A stretch of 64,000 bases of DNA from Balanoglossus misakiensis. Lineage: Eukaryota; Animalia; Hemichordata. The stretch lies in the NCBI GenBank assembly GCA_040954595.2, contig CM082593.2, positions 6,270,172 to 6,334,171 on the forward strand, read 5' to 3'. Of the stretch, positions 1-13,700 are shown piece after piece. Position 1 is the stretch's first letter, and each line of letters opens with the position of its first letter. Below the pieces are notes generated by a model. That model was not told where the DNA came from. It saw nothing but the letters and a program-made list of their open reading frames with translations, and searched no databases. A program made the position numbers and the translations under genes.

Positions 1-3000
1 TGCATTCGGGCTCAGAGAGTACACACAGAATTCCTCTGTAACATATGTGTGTCTCAGTGGTGTTGTGAATGCATTGGTGTGAACATGTCCACAGTCATTC
101 AAATGGCCTTCATGCATATACTTAATGAATGCACTGAATATAAAGAGGAGAGAATATTGTGCAGGTACTGCATAATGGCCACCCGCATATATAATAACGT
201 ATAATCACGTACAGCAGAGACAACACATTCATCATGTTCTTCTGAATAATTAACCACAAATTTACTTCCTCATTCTCATTACTATAATTAATTTCATCAT
301 TTACAATTTCGGTCTGTTGAGGGCAGCATTCATACATGTATGCTCGTACATGGATTTGATCATTGAGAAAATTATAACTGGTACAAGTATTGGTCAGAGC
401 ACCTGAGTTTGGTGATCGTGGTTTAGTTTTACTTCAAACACACACACACACACTGATTTTCAGACATTTCTTTACGAGCTTGCTTTCCATTTAACTACAC
501 AAGCATCTTTTGGCACGGTCTCAAGGTTTGCAACGCTCATTTCACATCATAGACCCAGGAATGTACTTGGCCATTCATAAAGATTCAAATGAGGCGAGGT
601 GTAAACTGGCAGTTTTTTTGTCAAAACTCCAATCAAGATCTCTGATGTAATGAATATTCTGTGGCACAAGAAGATGTTATATCTCTTGTTCAGAACATGT
701 ATAGCAACACGAGAAAGACTCTAAGAAACTAAAATTATTGGCTGGTCAATCTCTGAACGTAACTTGTACAGCTTAATATTGGGAAAGGGAAATTTACAAA
801 TGACGACAACACCTACTTATGTTACACTCTTATTGGTTGAGTAAATCTTAAAAATTTGCTTGTATTGTTGCATAAAATCAATTTGCTCAATCACATACCA
901 GTACTCTATGTTTTACAATGTGAATATATTTCAAAACTTTAAAGTATGGTAACTATCTTACATGCCCAGATCTGCCCCTTTTCTCATTGGATACCACGTC
1001 ACAATGGTGTAACATTCTTTCCTTTATTTTAAGCCAAAAACAAAAAAAATATTTGTGTGGTTCCGATAACCTGACCAGTATTTAACTATTTTTTAACCCA
1101 CTGACATGATACTACACTTTATAGCTCCAAACAAACATGGACAAGAATGTCAGAAGCTACAACCTGCTCTGTTCAGATTTATAACGTTCACAGCTTTGGC
1201 AGCTCCAGTCTTCACACTGATAGCTGATAAATTTTAGTTGCAATAGCCACAGAGGGCGATGTTCTGACCGTTCCTGTGGTTGAATGAGATGCTAAGTGGA
1301 GGAAAGAGCCAGCACAGGCTGGGTTGCCTAGGGAAACCAGTCAGTTGAGTTTAGCTGAAAGGTTGAGGGCGCACATTCAATCTGGGGATGAGTTGGCATT
1401 AGGCAAAAGGAGAGCTGAGATAATCCTTTGTAACTCAGTGTCGATGATCATTATTCATCTTTTGAATATTATCTGTCAGATAGATGGATGTCTGTAAATG
1501 AAAAATTAACTGAAGTTTTATTAAGAACCAAATAACTCATGGTTTCAATTACCAATTCCTAAACAACACTGCCTCTGCCAAGCACCTTTAAGTCCCACAC
1601 GGGTATTAGAAATCCCGGCATTTGACCTCTAACCTTTCGTTATAAACTATCACACCCGATATTGACAACATTTCTGATTGCACAACTGGTTACCAACAAC
1701 ACCTGGAATGAACAGCACTTTTCTCTCACACGCCACCGGTGCAGTCAATCACACTTTTATTAAAGCAGAGACTGCATTTAAATCTACTGCGACTTCTACA
1801 GACAACAGCCCCACTTTCCTAAGGATGCTAATTCGTTCAAAACTCGGACAACACTGCCTGGGGCAAATTTGCTTCTACACTGCAGTCATCTCTCACGACA
1901 GAAAACAATCAATCGTGTCGCCGTATGTTATGGTAACAGCGCGACTAAGGTTATTGTAAAACATCTCAACTGTCCAGATAAACATATTGTGACAATTTAA
2001 AAGCGGCCTCTGTTGTTTCCTGATTGGTGTTGGATAAATTACTTGTCCGTTTTCACTGTCGACCGCACGCACCGTACAATGGTACGTTCTGTACCACAAT
2101 ACTTAGGTTTATGTCTACCCACAACAAGTATGGTACAATCTCGGCTGATGTCCAGCCTTTGTACAAAGCTGTGATGTGAAAAAAAGTACCTGTACCAGGT
2201 GAAATTTGAAAAGGTTGAAAAAAACGTCACCCTATGTTGCCTAACGCTGTGGTCAGCTACTACAAACTACGTTCGATTTTATTTTTCTCAAAGTAACCCA
2301 TCTAGAAATCATGGTGTGGTCACTTTTGGTAATCTGCTTTCACTCTGCACAAACTTTTACCATGTCCCCTGTTGAGCAACATCCTGACACCCATCATGCA
2401 ACTGAACATCACGATGTTTTGCTACGTGACACTGATAGTTTTGCTACCAATCTTCGCAGCACACCCGTACACAAATACTGGTGACATAAACCACCCCTAA
2501 CACAAATACTAGTGACATAAAACTCAACAGTTTCAGACTACAAAACACACACACACATGTGGTGTGGCTTTAACTGGCAAACACTGTTTATTTGCACTGC
2601 GGGTCTAGACTTCAGAGTATACAGAAGCTGGACAGGTGTTTGAAGTTGAACAGTAGCATGAGTATTAGATCATATGGTACAAGAGTCAATGAAACAGATT
2701 GGCTCCAAGAAAAAAAAAATGTAAGTGTAAAAGCTAATACGCTATATATACAAAACTGAAAGACTGTTGCCATGGGTCTATACTTGTTGCTAGACATCTA
2801 TGCAACCAGCTCCTGTTGTCAGGAATTATAAGTTTTACCGGGCAAAATTTTCAATGTGTATGCAGACACACGCATGGAGGTACGGTTCAACTTTGTGGGT
2901 ACACTATGAATGTCACATTAAAAAGATATTTTTTTTTTTTTCGCAAAGTGACATCAGGGGCGTGTCGAACCGAATGCCACTGTGGGCAGATTCAGGCCAG

Positions 3001-6000
3001 GACAACGCTAAACCACAAAGCAGAATTTGACAATATCATTTCCTTAGTTTCATCCGATTTGGGGGCAAGGGCCCAAGTCCTTTACGAGGGTCATCCAAGA
3101 GATCTCGAACTTCCTCGAAGACGCACGGTAAAATTTTGAGAATTCAAGGGGACACAGAGAGCTGTGCTAACGAAAACTGGCACTCGGCCATTTCTCAGAG
3201 GTAGGGATTAGGGCAGGGAGTTCTCCAGTGGTAAATTCTGGATGATGTTCGTACACACACGTACAACTCTGCCCCCAAACAATGATCATGACAAAAAATA
3301 CCAAATTCCTTTGTCGTGAATGGGTGGGGTGGAGTACAAGACATTCACGTCCTAGTTCAACTGCTTTGAGCAAATCTCACCGCTAAGTGTTTCTGCTGCG
3401 AGGGAATTTCACCGCGAAATGTTTTCATACAAACCGTCTAATGGCATTTGTCACACATACGTAAACTTTCCCCCCAGGGCATGGGGGTAAGGTTTTGAAA
3501 TAAAACAATGGCGTTCTGTTTGGTAGTTACTGTTACAGAACTGGGAACAATACAGGCGTTACTGTTATTCCAATCCGTTCAAATCTCTCTAAATTTCCGT
3601 AATTGAGTTCCACTTTTCACCGCTAATGCGAAAGTTAAACAATGGTGTGCATGACTACACTACCAGTATGCAGTTATACAATAGTTCACACACCAAATAC
3701 ACTCATTTTGTGTATACGTACAGTTATAGATATTGTACTATGTATCTACAACACGTATAGTACTAGTACAGTTATAACATACAGTTATTCTCATACCATG
3801 TGAATACACTTATTTGTACACTGACAAATATTTCATACAGCTGTATGCAGTTAACTCACTGTATATACAGTTACATGTATACATCCTACTGTATACATAC
3901 ATGTACATGTATTTCAAAGTGAGAGCAAAAACAACCCCTTGTATCTATGGTCTATCACTCTATGTTGTCATCTATCTGGGAGTAACACAAGTTACTATTT
4001 GACATGTAAATCAGCCAGCGTATTCTCGGAGTCAGACCCACAATAGAATCAATCGATACTTCTAAACCTCTTAATTGTCTTAGATCACAATGAACTCCTC
4101 TGACAAAACTATGGCGGTCAATACTACCGCGGCCAAATCCAATATTTACGGTCATACAGCAAGCCACTCCAATCACGTAAACAAGTGATACCTCAGACCA
4201 CACAGCTGACATGTGGAAATACGCAAAATACAGTGTCCATATTGTACCATAAGACATTTTTAAGATGCCTTAGCTCAAGTTCCAAACACTCAGTTAATGT
4301 GATTCAACATACCACATAAATGTAGTACACGTATATTTATTATCTGAAAATATCTCCAAAAATCAAGCCAAACTTATCATACATAGTTCTTCCATTGTAT
4401 AAGGTTTGATAGGCCAATACATCAACTGATAATATCCACGGTAACGGGCAATCAACTTCACTTGACCTTGTACGTCCCGCCCACAAGGTCAATATCACAC
4501 CCCCTTTTTTTCAAAAAGGTTACATGCCTACCTAGGCGCTTACAAAGTGGCGCAAGCTATTAAGTCTAAGATTCTGAAAATCGGGAGACTTTTGTTGACC
4601 TTTGGCAGAAGATAAGTGTCAGCTGGCAGTAAAACCTTGCCCCCTTGCGACATTGGTTGTCAAATTCTATCGAGATTGTTTGAGCTCTGAGGGTGATATA
4701 CAATATTACAAGCACTGCTATTTCTTACAATCTATACAGTGACAAATGGTTAACTGTGACACACATGAATACTGTGAGTGTAGTACATGTATGTATAATA
4801 AATTGGTTTTCATACAGAGATAATCCTATCGGGTACCTGAACATTGCCCAGTCTTTCCCCGAGTTTTAAAATGAATGGGTATCTATTTGCATCGAGATTG
4901 GAATCATGTGATATTTGGGCGAAGTTACATTTGTAAATATCGGAGTACGACAAAGTTCAAATGTTATCATCAATCGGGCGTGGTATTTTAGTCAAACGGC
5001 AGAAATCACTGAGATTGTAATCGTGTAACAAGTGTATATGACAAGACCTGATAATTTGGCTGTTACGTGTACATCCAAGATATGGATAACCGTTATCTGT
5101 CACATAACTGGCGAGACTTGGCCAAATTGGTGGTGATTCTTGCCCCTTTGTGGTTAAATTTCAGGTTATTATCAGTACAGAGCACCTCTGACATGTCGTA
5201 AATCTCGCGCTCAGATGAAGTGCCCGGTATCTCCGGTACACAACACTATTGTGTCATTTGAACCCATCTTGCCCGTCTGCAATAAATAACTGCATCGCTG
5301 AATACACATGCAGGCACTCGGACTGACGAACTAAACTATCTTCTACGACAAACAATGGAGCCTTTCAGACTTGTGGTAATATCCCTGTAGGTCTTGCGAA
5401 ACATTATCAATGCATATACAACATCCACAGCAGTTGTGTCCGATGGTGCCAGTAGCCATGACGACTGGCATCACCGTGGCGATGACACATTAGCTCACAC
5501 TCACACCTGGCTCTGCAGGTAATGATGGCAATATTATCTATTGTCAGTGTCTGGGGTTTAATTTCGCTTCTTTGTATGATTACACATGAATAATTAAGAA
5601 GCCATTTCCATGATATTTATCACACATCCTCAACCAGCCTGTTGAATCCAGCCACGCGTGAAGCAAGCAAGCTGGCTACACCAAGTGGTTTAGCCTCATT
5701 ACACTTGGCACTTGTGTTGACAGCTTACAGAAGTTCTTAGGTGTTTACGCTCCAAGATTTAAATTACAAACAAAATCAAAGGATAATCAGAGCAATAGGA
5801 GAGTGAAACCAATGAAACCTCAATACAGTCTTAAAACCAGAATGGGGATAATTGAATTAACTGATTATCACAGTTGGTGGGTATAACAGTGGTTGTTTTG
5901 AACCAGCCATCACACAATTAATTAGACAAGCAGATTTGGCCGTCTAACACCTTCATGATTCACAATCCACATGCCCTGTGTTTAAACTTTCTGCTTTTCT

Positions 6001-8138
6001 ATGCAAAGGCTGAACTTCACCGCTGAAAACAACAGGTTCTCGGACCAAAGTACACTGTACGGCGGTGAGAGGGTGGACCAGAGTATCTGAAATGTTGGAA
6101 AAGCCTGCCCCGCGGTAGGCGAGAGGACAGTGGCACGATTCACAGAAGTGTTTATGTGCAAGGAGACTTCATTGTAGGAAGACTTGTCATCTCGCTAGGG
6201 TTACAAGCCGGGCGCGAGATCGTGTTACGGCGCATTCCATGGGAAGTGTTATGCTTTCATTTCGCCGGTGTCACCCGAGATGTACCTAAGTAGGTACAGA
6301 TTAACAGTTGTATGGATGCCGCACAACAGATGTACAGTCACATAGGGTCCATTGATACACAGTTCAAGTACGGTTCACTGCCAAGTTTGTATGCGTAAAC
6401 CAACCGACCGCGATCTCACGAGTCCTGTGATGTAATTCTATTACGTCCGCGGTAACCTGAGTCGGTTTGTTTCAAAATTCAAGCACATTAAGTAATATGT
6501 GTTGACAAATATTTAAATAATACACCTACATGAGACTGAACATACACTGAAACCTGTCCGAACAAAAGCTGCTGGTGGCCCACACATGAAACCTATGAAC
6601 GCTACTGAGCATTTGCAATCATCTGTTCACCTGAGCGGGACTGGCTGCTGATTTTTTAACGAGTGAAACAGTTAACACCTCAGTTGTGCTAGCCAAAAAG
6701 TTTTCAATCTCACAATACCATTTATACTGTTTTTTTCTACAGACAAATGTCTTCTGTAATTCAATTATCACATCAACTGATTTGATGCAAATGACATATT
6801 TTGCAATCATACAACACCCCACATTTTGCTAAGAAAGAGAAATGTTATTCAGTACACTCTACATTGTACAAACATGAGATCCTGGAATCTTGAACAGAAC
6901 ACCTATCAACCAAGGCCCATTTTTAAAACAAATTCTTTCAACAATCACCACAAAAGTGCAAAGTATAATGTGACCACTCCGCAAAACACAAACAGGAAAG
7001 GGTAGTCCGTACTTTGACTTCCTGCGTTTCAAAAACTAATAATGAAAATTTAATATGAGTGCAAACTCACAATGAGACGTCTTTTCACTGGCAGATATTG
7101 AATAATAATGACGCATGGAAAGCAGTCGTATGTAACAACACCTGTCAGGCACAGAATTCATATGCAGGAATTTATTGACTGGGGTGTTCAAGTCAGCCTA
7201 CTAAATTGGTGCAATTTCATCAAAATAAGAAAGGAAATGTGAATTATCAATCAGGCAGTTTAAATCATGACATATGAGATTATGATGTACATGTACATGT
7301 ACATGTATGTCCCAATACAGCAAGGATGATATTTCCAAATTTAAAAATAAATTGGAAACATTGATGCAAACTAGGTAGTGAAGACATACATGAGACAAGT
7401 ACAATGTATCTGACCTCCCTGGGGTCAGAGACGGTTGTCATGGTAATCAAATAAGATTGCCAGAACCCTCACCCTGAACTGTACTCAGCACATTGGAAAT
7501 GTACACTCTAGGAAGAGACTATAGTATATTAATTAAAGTTTATTGCAATGTAATGAACTTGTTTGTACAAGGTAAGCTAACTATTATTAAACCACACAAA
7601 GTGGAGTGCATTCCTACATGTATGAAGTAGCTTAATTATAAATTAGTCAATATCAACAAACCTATGGTCAATTTAATAACATGAATTATATTTGTAACTT
7701 GCTGGCAAATAAATGATCACCGTGTTATAGCAAAACCAATGCAACTGGTCATAAACTGATTATCTTGTAGTGATAGTGACTGGCTGTTGTATACAGATTT
7801 CGGTGAATTCATGTCGTTCTAAAAACAGTGGGGTGATTCACAAGCTTGACAGAAGTTGTGAAAAACATTAACAGCTGATGCGCATTTGATCATCTTGAAC
7901 TCAAGTTGTATACAAATATGAGACCACACAAACGCGATCACTACAGTGCAACCATGATATTTATGACCATTTGATTGGATATGAGAATGTGACAATATAG
8001 CGTTTGGCACGATAAAACCCAATAAATATAAGTTGGGGTTCTCTGGGCTACACAACTGCAGCGATCTTCAACATGAACCCAACTGTACGGTTTTAGTACT
8101 ACACAAACACAACGTAAATAAACAGGACCAGTACTCAC

Positions 8139-8185
8139 ACTTCGATGAGGTTCACGTTCCGATTCCTAGTGATTCTCCCCGCCAT
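8139..8185 (-). CDS. Probable first coding exon of an unidentified minus-strand gene (MAGRITRNRNVNLIE.., phase-2 donor); remaining exons not found and probably left of the window
   Basis: On the minus strand, AAAAG-ATG-GCG (good Kozak and YY1-like AAGATGGC) opens 47 nt ending in a GTGAGT donor at 8138-8133. It lies in a CpG-rich stretch divergent from SEC31. No homology recognised. Confidence 0.45.
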
Positions 8186-9639
8186 CTTTTCAGTATTACC
8201 CTTTCCTTATAAAGGCCTTGGCTTTCATTGAGACGATCTGTCGGTTGCTCATCTACCACGAGAATTCTGCTTACTAGATCAAGAGTAGGAAATAAATCGA
8301 AACGCAGTTCAGGCCTGGGCCTTTACACGGTGCAGGATTCCGCCATGATCCCTGCCGAACCCATAGCGACCGATAACGCTTTCCACTTCAAAGCCTTCTA
8401 AACGTCCAACAGGTTTTCTTCGGCATTTAATCGGGAAAAGGTGACCACTGAGGATCAGGAGACGTGGTCCACATGTTAAATCGGTCGCTGCTAATTAAGA
8501 TTACGGCGTTGTATCTCAGGCCTGTCAGACCTTGTCGACGATAAACAAAATGGCGAAATATACATTCCAGTCGAGTCCCAGGATGCAACACACTGTTGAT
8601 CCGATAAAATGGCACCTCTAAGCTGCTGAACTTTTGAAAGCACCGAGTCGATATCGATCTCAATGTTGCACGTACGTAAAGCAACAAACAGAAGTGCAGC
8701 CCATATCTCTCTCTGGTCGCCAATAACAATCTGACATTATATTCATTGCGTAAAAAAAAAAAACAATTACACTCAAACCAGGGAAATAAACAAAACAAAA
8801 ACATGCACAGATAGTCCTACTCCGTGACTCGAAAAGCATACTTTTAGTGCAGATCTTTAAAAAAGATCGATGCATTATAAATCTATAATATAATGTGTAG
8901 ATGTAATAAAAGTACGCGATATATATAGTCAGGTCTAAACTATAAACATTTAACAGATAGTTCGTAAATAAAGCACTCAAACAAACAAATGTTTACTGTA
9001 CAATGTCATCCATTTGTTGCGAAACAAATGTTCAAGAGAATTTTATTGATTTATTTGAATTACGAGTCCAGCATGCATTCTTGAATGCAAGGTTAGTTTA
9101 TACAAAAACATGAAAACTCAAAAGACCTGATTTGGGGACGACATAACAGTTTACGCACGTTTTGACTTTGTAATCATGAGTATATATTCACTATCTCTAC
9201 AATTCTGCTTTCAAAAAGTCAGTTTTGGAGAACAAAATCTGATAAGTATAAAACGGTGGGAATTTTATCGTGCTTTAGGAGATACTACAAGAAACTTAAG
9301 TTGCTGCATAGAACATGTTTTAAATAACCCAAAGTCACACAGTTACAGCATGCTGAAAAAAAAATATAGCACCCTTCGTTTTAAATATGAAAACAGTTTC
9401 CCTCATGGACGTATATTGTATGTACATGTACAAAGAAAGTTTTGCTTTGTTCGAATAAAAATAACAGTTCTTTACAAGAAATTTAGGGGGAAAAAACTAA
9501 TCAACGCACACATCACAAGAAGTCAGGCCTGACATTCGGTACACTTCTACGAAATTGGTAAACTTTTAACTTTTCACGTGTTTGTTCAGTACAAGTTAGT
9601 TTCGGTCACTTCGACATTTCTCCAATTAACGACTGCCAG

Positions 9640-9935
9640 GTAGTACGCAGGCGCAAACTTCTAACGCGCTATGTATTGTGGGAACGCCACGTTGATTGCA
9701 GTGACACCGATCGGAGGGGAAGTCAACGTGTAGTTATTTTGTGTATTTGTCGGTTGCTACAGCTCCTTGGCTATTTCAGGATACCGATCTCTCCCCTGCA
9801 CAAGTCTCGATAGAGATCAAGTTCAGATTTCACACTTGACGCCGAAAATTTTCCTCGAAGACGTTGTTTAGGGTGAGTGGTTTGTGTGTAGCCGGTATTT
9901 TTTGCAGGAAGTGGGGTTTCCAATATGGCGGATAT
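9640..9935 (+). promoter_or_regulatory. SEC31 promoter and non-coding first exon (donor after 9872)
   Basis: CpG-rich. AGG|GTGAGT donor at 9873, ETS-like CAGGAAGTG at ~9905, YY1-like CAATATGGCGG at 9921. The next exon carries the SEC31 ATG. The TSS is not defined. Confidence 0.55.
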
Positions 9936-10201
9936 TGAACATATGACAGACATAAACCTCAGTAAAAATAAATACTCATCTTTTATTGATGAGGGCTGGT
10001 GTTATTTTTATTCAAACTTCAATTTATTTCATATAAGAACTTAAGTATATAACTTAAGTTTAGTCGGCTGTCGCGTCTAAACGTAGGGCTAGCTTAGCCC
10101 TTATCGAGTGCAGCGCTATTTACATTGGCCCATTCATCACCTATGGCTCGGTAGGAGTAGGATAGCGTATGGAATCACTTTTGAGCAACTCGCTGCACAT
10201 T

Positions 10202-10423
<222 letters not shown>

Positions 10424-10718
10424 TGCAGAGTCCAGCAGTTACAGTTATTGCACAAGTCATTGCACACAACAAAGCATCTGATGCAAGTGTTAATTCAACA
10501 TTGAACAATGCATGTCAACAGCATTCATTGTTCAATCAACACCACATTATTGTTGTATACTTTGGCAATACCAAGTGATAAACACATAATTCTATAGGTA
10601 ATTTCACTCAAGTGTGAGTATATATACCACGATGCCATGGTTTGTAATGTTTTAAACACTGTCTCTCTCTCTCTTTCTTACAGCTTTGTTTCCATCCAGA
10701 GTAGTTAGAAATTCCAAG

Positions 10719-13700
10719 ATGAAAGTCAAAGAGATAGAGAGGACAGCCAATATGGCCTGGAGTCCATCCTTGCAGCATCCTGTGTATCTGGCAGCAGGCA
10801 CTGCAGCACAACAGCTAGATGCTACATTCAGGTAAACACGCTTATTACTTTTCACAGATGTCTCAATCTCATGGATTGATATATACTTAATAGTAATCTT
10901 GATATATACAAGCATCTTTAGAGTCCAGTCTCTCTGTGTATTCAAATATATCTTTATGTGAGCATTAACAACATAAAGGGGGATCTTCAAATGTTCTGTA
11001 AATGCAATTAAATTTATAACATATGTTTTGGCGTATGAAGTGGCATTTACTGAGCTATGAATGCTACTGGTGCAGCTATCATATTTCACACCACAAAGAA
11101 TGCGAGTTACGGAAGCCACGCTGTGGGAAGCATTATAGCCATGTGTTCTTTGAGTCTATACACCATGAAGCACTTCTGTAGTAGCCACTGAAATGCATAC
11201 TTGAGTAAAATCAGCATGCCATGTATGCGTATGATTGTATATCTAACTCACAGAGGTCAGCACAAGGCATGGGCTCGTTTCACACAACTATTTAAAAATT
11301 GAAATTTGAAATAAAACCATATTTCTATAGAATTTCACGTCATTTAAATTATATGACCGAAACAGAATAATTTTTACATCATTATTTTATGATGAATTAC
11401 TGATAAACATGAAACAGCATGTTGAAATGGTGCATGCTTTTTCACAGTTAGGGTATACAATATCACACATTATTCATCAATAAATGAGTTTTCATATCTC
11501 TTATTTGCAGCACAACCGCAGCCTTGGAAATTTACCAGTTGAATTTGTCTGATGAGGGTATGGAGATGCCCCTCAAGGCATCCTTGACCACTGAGCACAG
11601 GTTTGACAAACTTGTGTGGAGTGACCACGGCATGCCGGACACTTTGCCCAATGGTGTGATTGTCGGCGGTGTGGACAACGGAAATATCATTCTGTACGAT
11701 GCGGCCAAGTTACTCAACAATGAAGATGGCATTATTACCACAACTGACAAGGTGTGCTATGGCATTCATTTTGAGTATAGTCTCTCTTGGCAGAAATCAG
11801 CCACCAATGATTAATTTGTGAGGAACATTTTTGTGATACTTACAGTATTTCAATGTACCTGAATGGCCTTATATAACAAAAAGCTCCTATATGTATGAAG
11901 CAAATCATATTAAAAGTCCATCTTTTTTTAAACAGCACACTGGAGCAGTGCGGGCATTGGATGTCAACCCATTTCAATCAAATCTATTGGCGTCTGGCAG
12001 CAGTGATTCCGAAATCTACATTTGGGATTTGAATAATCCTGTTAATCCAATGACACCAGGTGCAAAATCACAGGTGAGTTTATCTAGTATCTGAGTAAAT
12101 GTGTAGTGTAGTGTAGTGAAGTATGCTCTAGGTTGGTGTAGTGTTATGCTGTGAAATACAACATTATCTCCAGTGATAGAATGTTAAGTCGTGCTGACTT
12201 CACAATAGTAACATGGTAATATAATTATGAACCCCATCTGACCTGTTACAATACACATTGTGCTCACATTTCATTTCTCCTTCCTTCCTTCACGTCTCCA
12301 GCCCCCAGATGACATCAGCTGCCTCGCCTGGAATCGCCAGGTGCAGCATATCTTGGCATCCACCAGTCCGGGGGGCCGATCCGTGGTTTGGGATCTCAGG
12401 AAAAATGAACCCATCATCAAGATCACGGATCACAGTTCAAGGGTAAGTGGTGGAATGCTGTTCCCTTCTGGTCAAAGTTAGTCACGTGAAAACATTCTGT
12501 GTGCCTTCTCATGGCTGATATGATATGGTGCTCCTTCTGGACTGTACTAGTATAGAGAATTCTTCTATTTTGATCAAACTTTATACCTGGTGAAACATTG
12601 GTATTTGCCAAAAGAACTTCTGGCCACAAGGCATATGGAAAATCTATGTACATATTTCAAAGACCTGCAATTACTTACAAGAATTTTTGTCAGGAAAAAA
12701 TGATCACTGTAAATCCCTTCACTTCTACTTTTTCCCTCTTCCAAGTTCATTTTATACTTTCGATAACTATTCTACTTTTTCTCCAGATTCGATGCAAAGC
12801 AGTTGCCTGGCACCCAGAGATAGCCACCCAGCTGGTCCTCGCCTCGGAAGACGATCACTCACCAGTCATCCAAATGTGGGACTTGAGATTTGCCACATCG
12901 CCGCTCAAAGTACTGGAAAATCACCAACGGTATGAACGCTCTTTATTGGCCAGATCCTGTCGTCATTTCAGCTGTACTGAATTTTGATTTTTGCAGATGA
13001 CTTAAAATGAAGGGGTCGTCGCGCCGCGTTTGTGTGTTTTTAAACATTACAGTTCATCCACAAATCCCTGAAATGAGATAATTCTTAGAATGAACGAATC
13101 AGCAAACCGTAGCATAGACTGGGCATGACAGCAACTGAAGATCCTAGTAGGTCGTGGCGACTGCATTGAGGTTTGCGCTGGTATGGGAGGGCATATTCTC
13201 ATGAAGGGGGACACCCACGCGGCGCGACGACCCCTTCCCTTTAACATGCAGTGTTATGGAATATTCAGTAAATATTTTTCCGGATTTTTTTTTTTTTTCA
13301 GTGGGGTGTTAGCGGTCGCCTGGTGCCCACAGGACCCAGACCTTCTCCTCAGCTGCGCAAAAGACAATCGCATTTTGTGTTGGAATCCGAACAGCGCCAT
13401 CGCTGGCGGCGAGGTGGTTTACGAACTGCCCACGTCCAGCCAGTGGTGTTTCGACGTCAACTGGTGTCCTCGAAACCCGGCCGTCATTTCCACCTCGTCA
13501 TTCGATGGGCATATTAGTATTTATTCGCTGATGGGTGGCGGCCAGCCTGCGCAACAACAGCACAGAACAGACAAGGTAACACGCTTGGTATATCATACAT
13601 TTAGTGACGAGAATAGGGGGGGGGGGTAGTTAAATTCATACTGTTGAAATGAATTGTTCACAACAGGAAAATTTATCTGTAAAATTCTAAGCATCTTGAA

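Noticed and set aside
3305-3335. CCTTTGTCGTGAATGGGTGGGG resembling the ribozyme L3/P1 motif
   Set aside because: There is no ACC/GGT P3, no CA for P1.1, and no matching P2 or J4/2.
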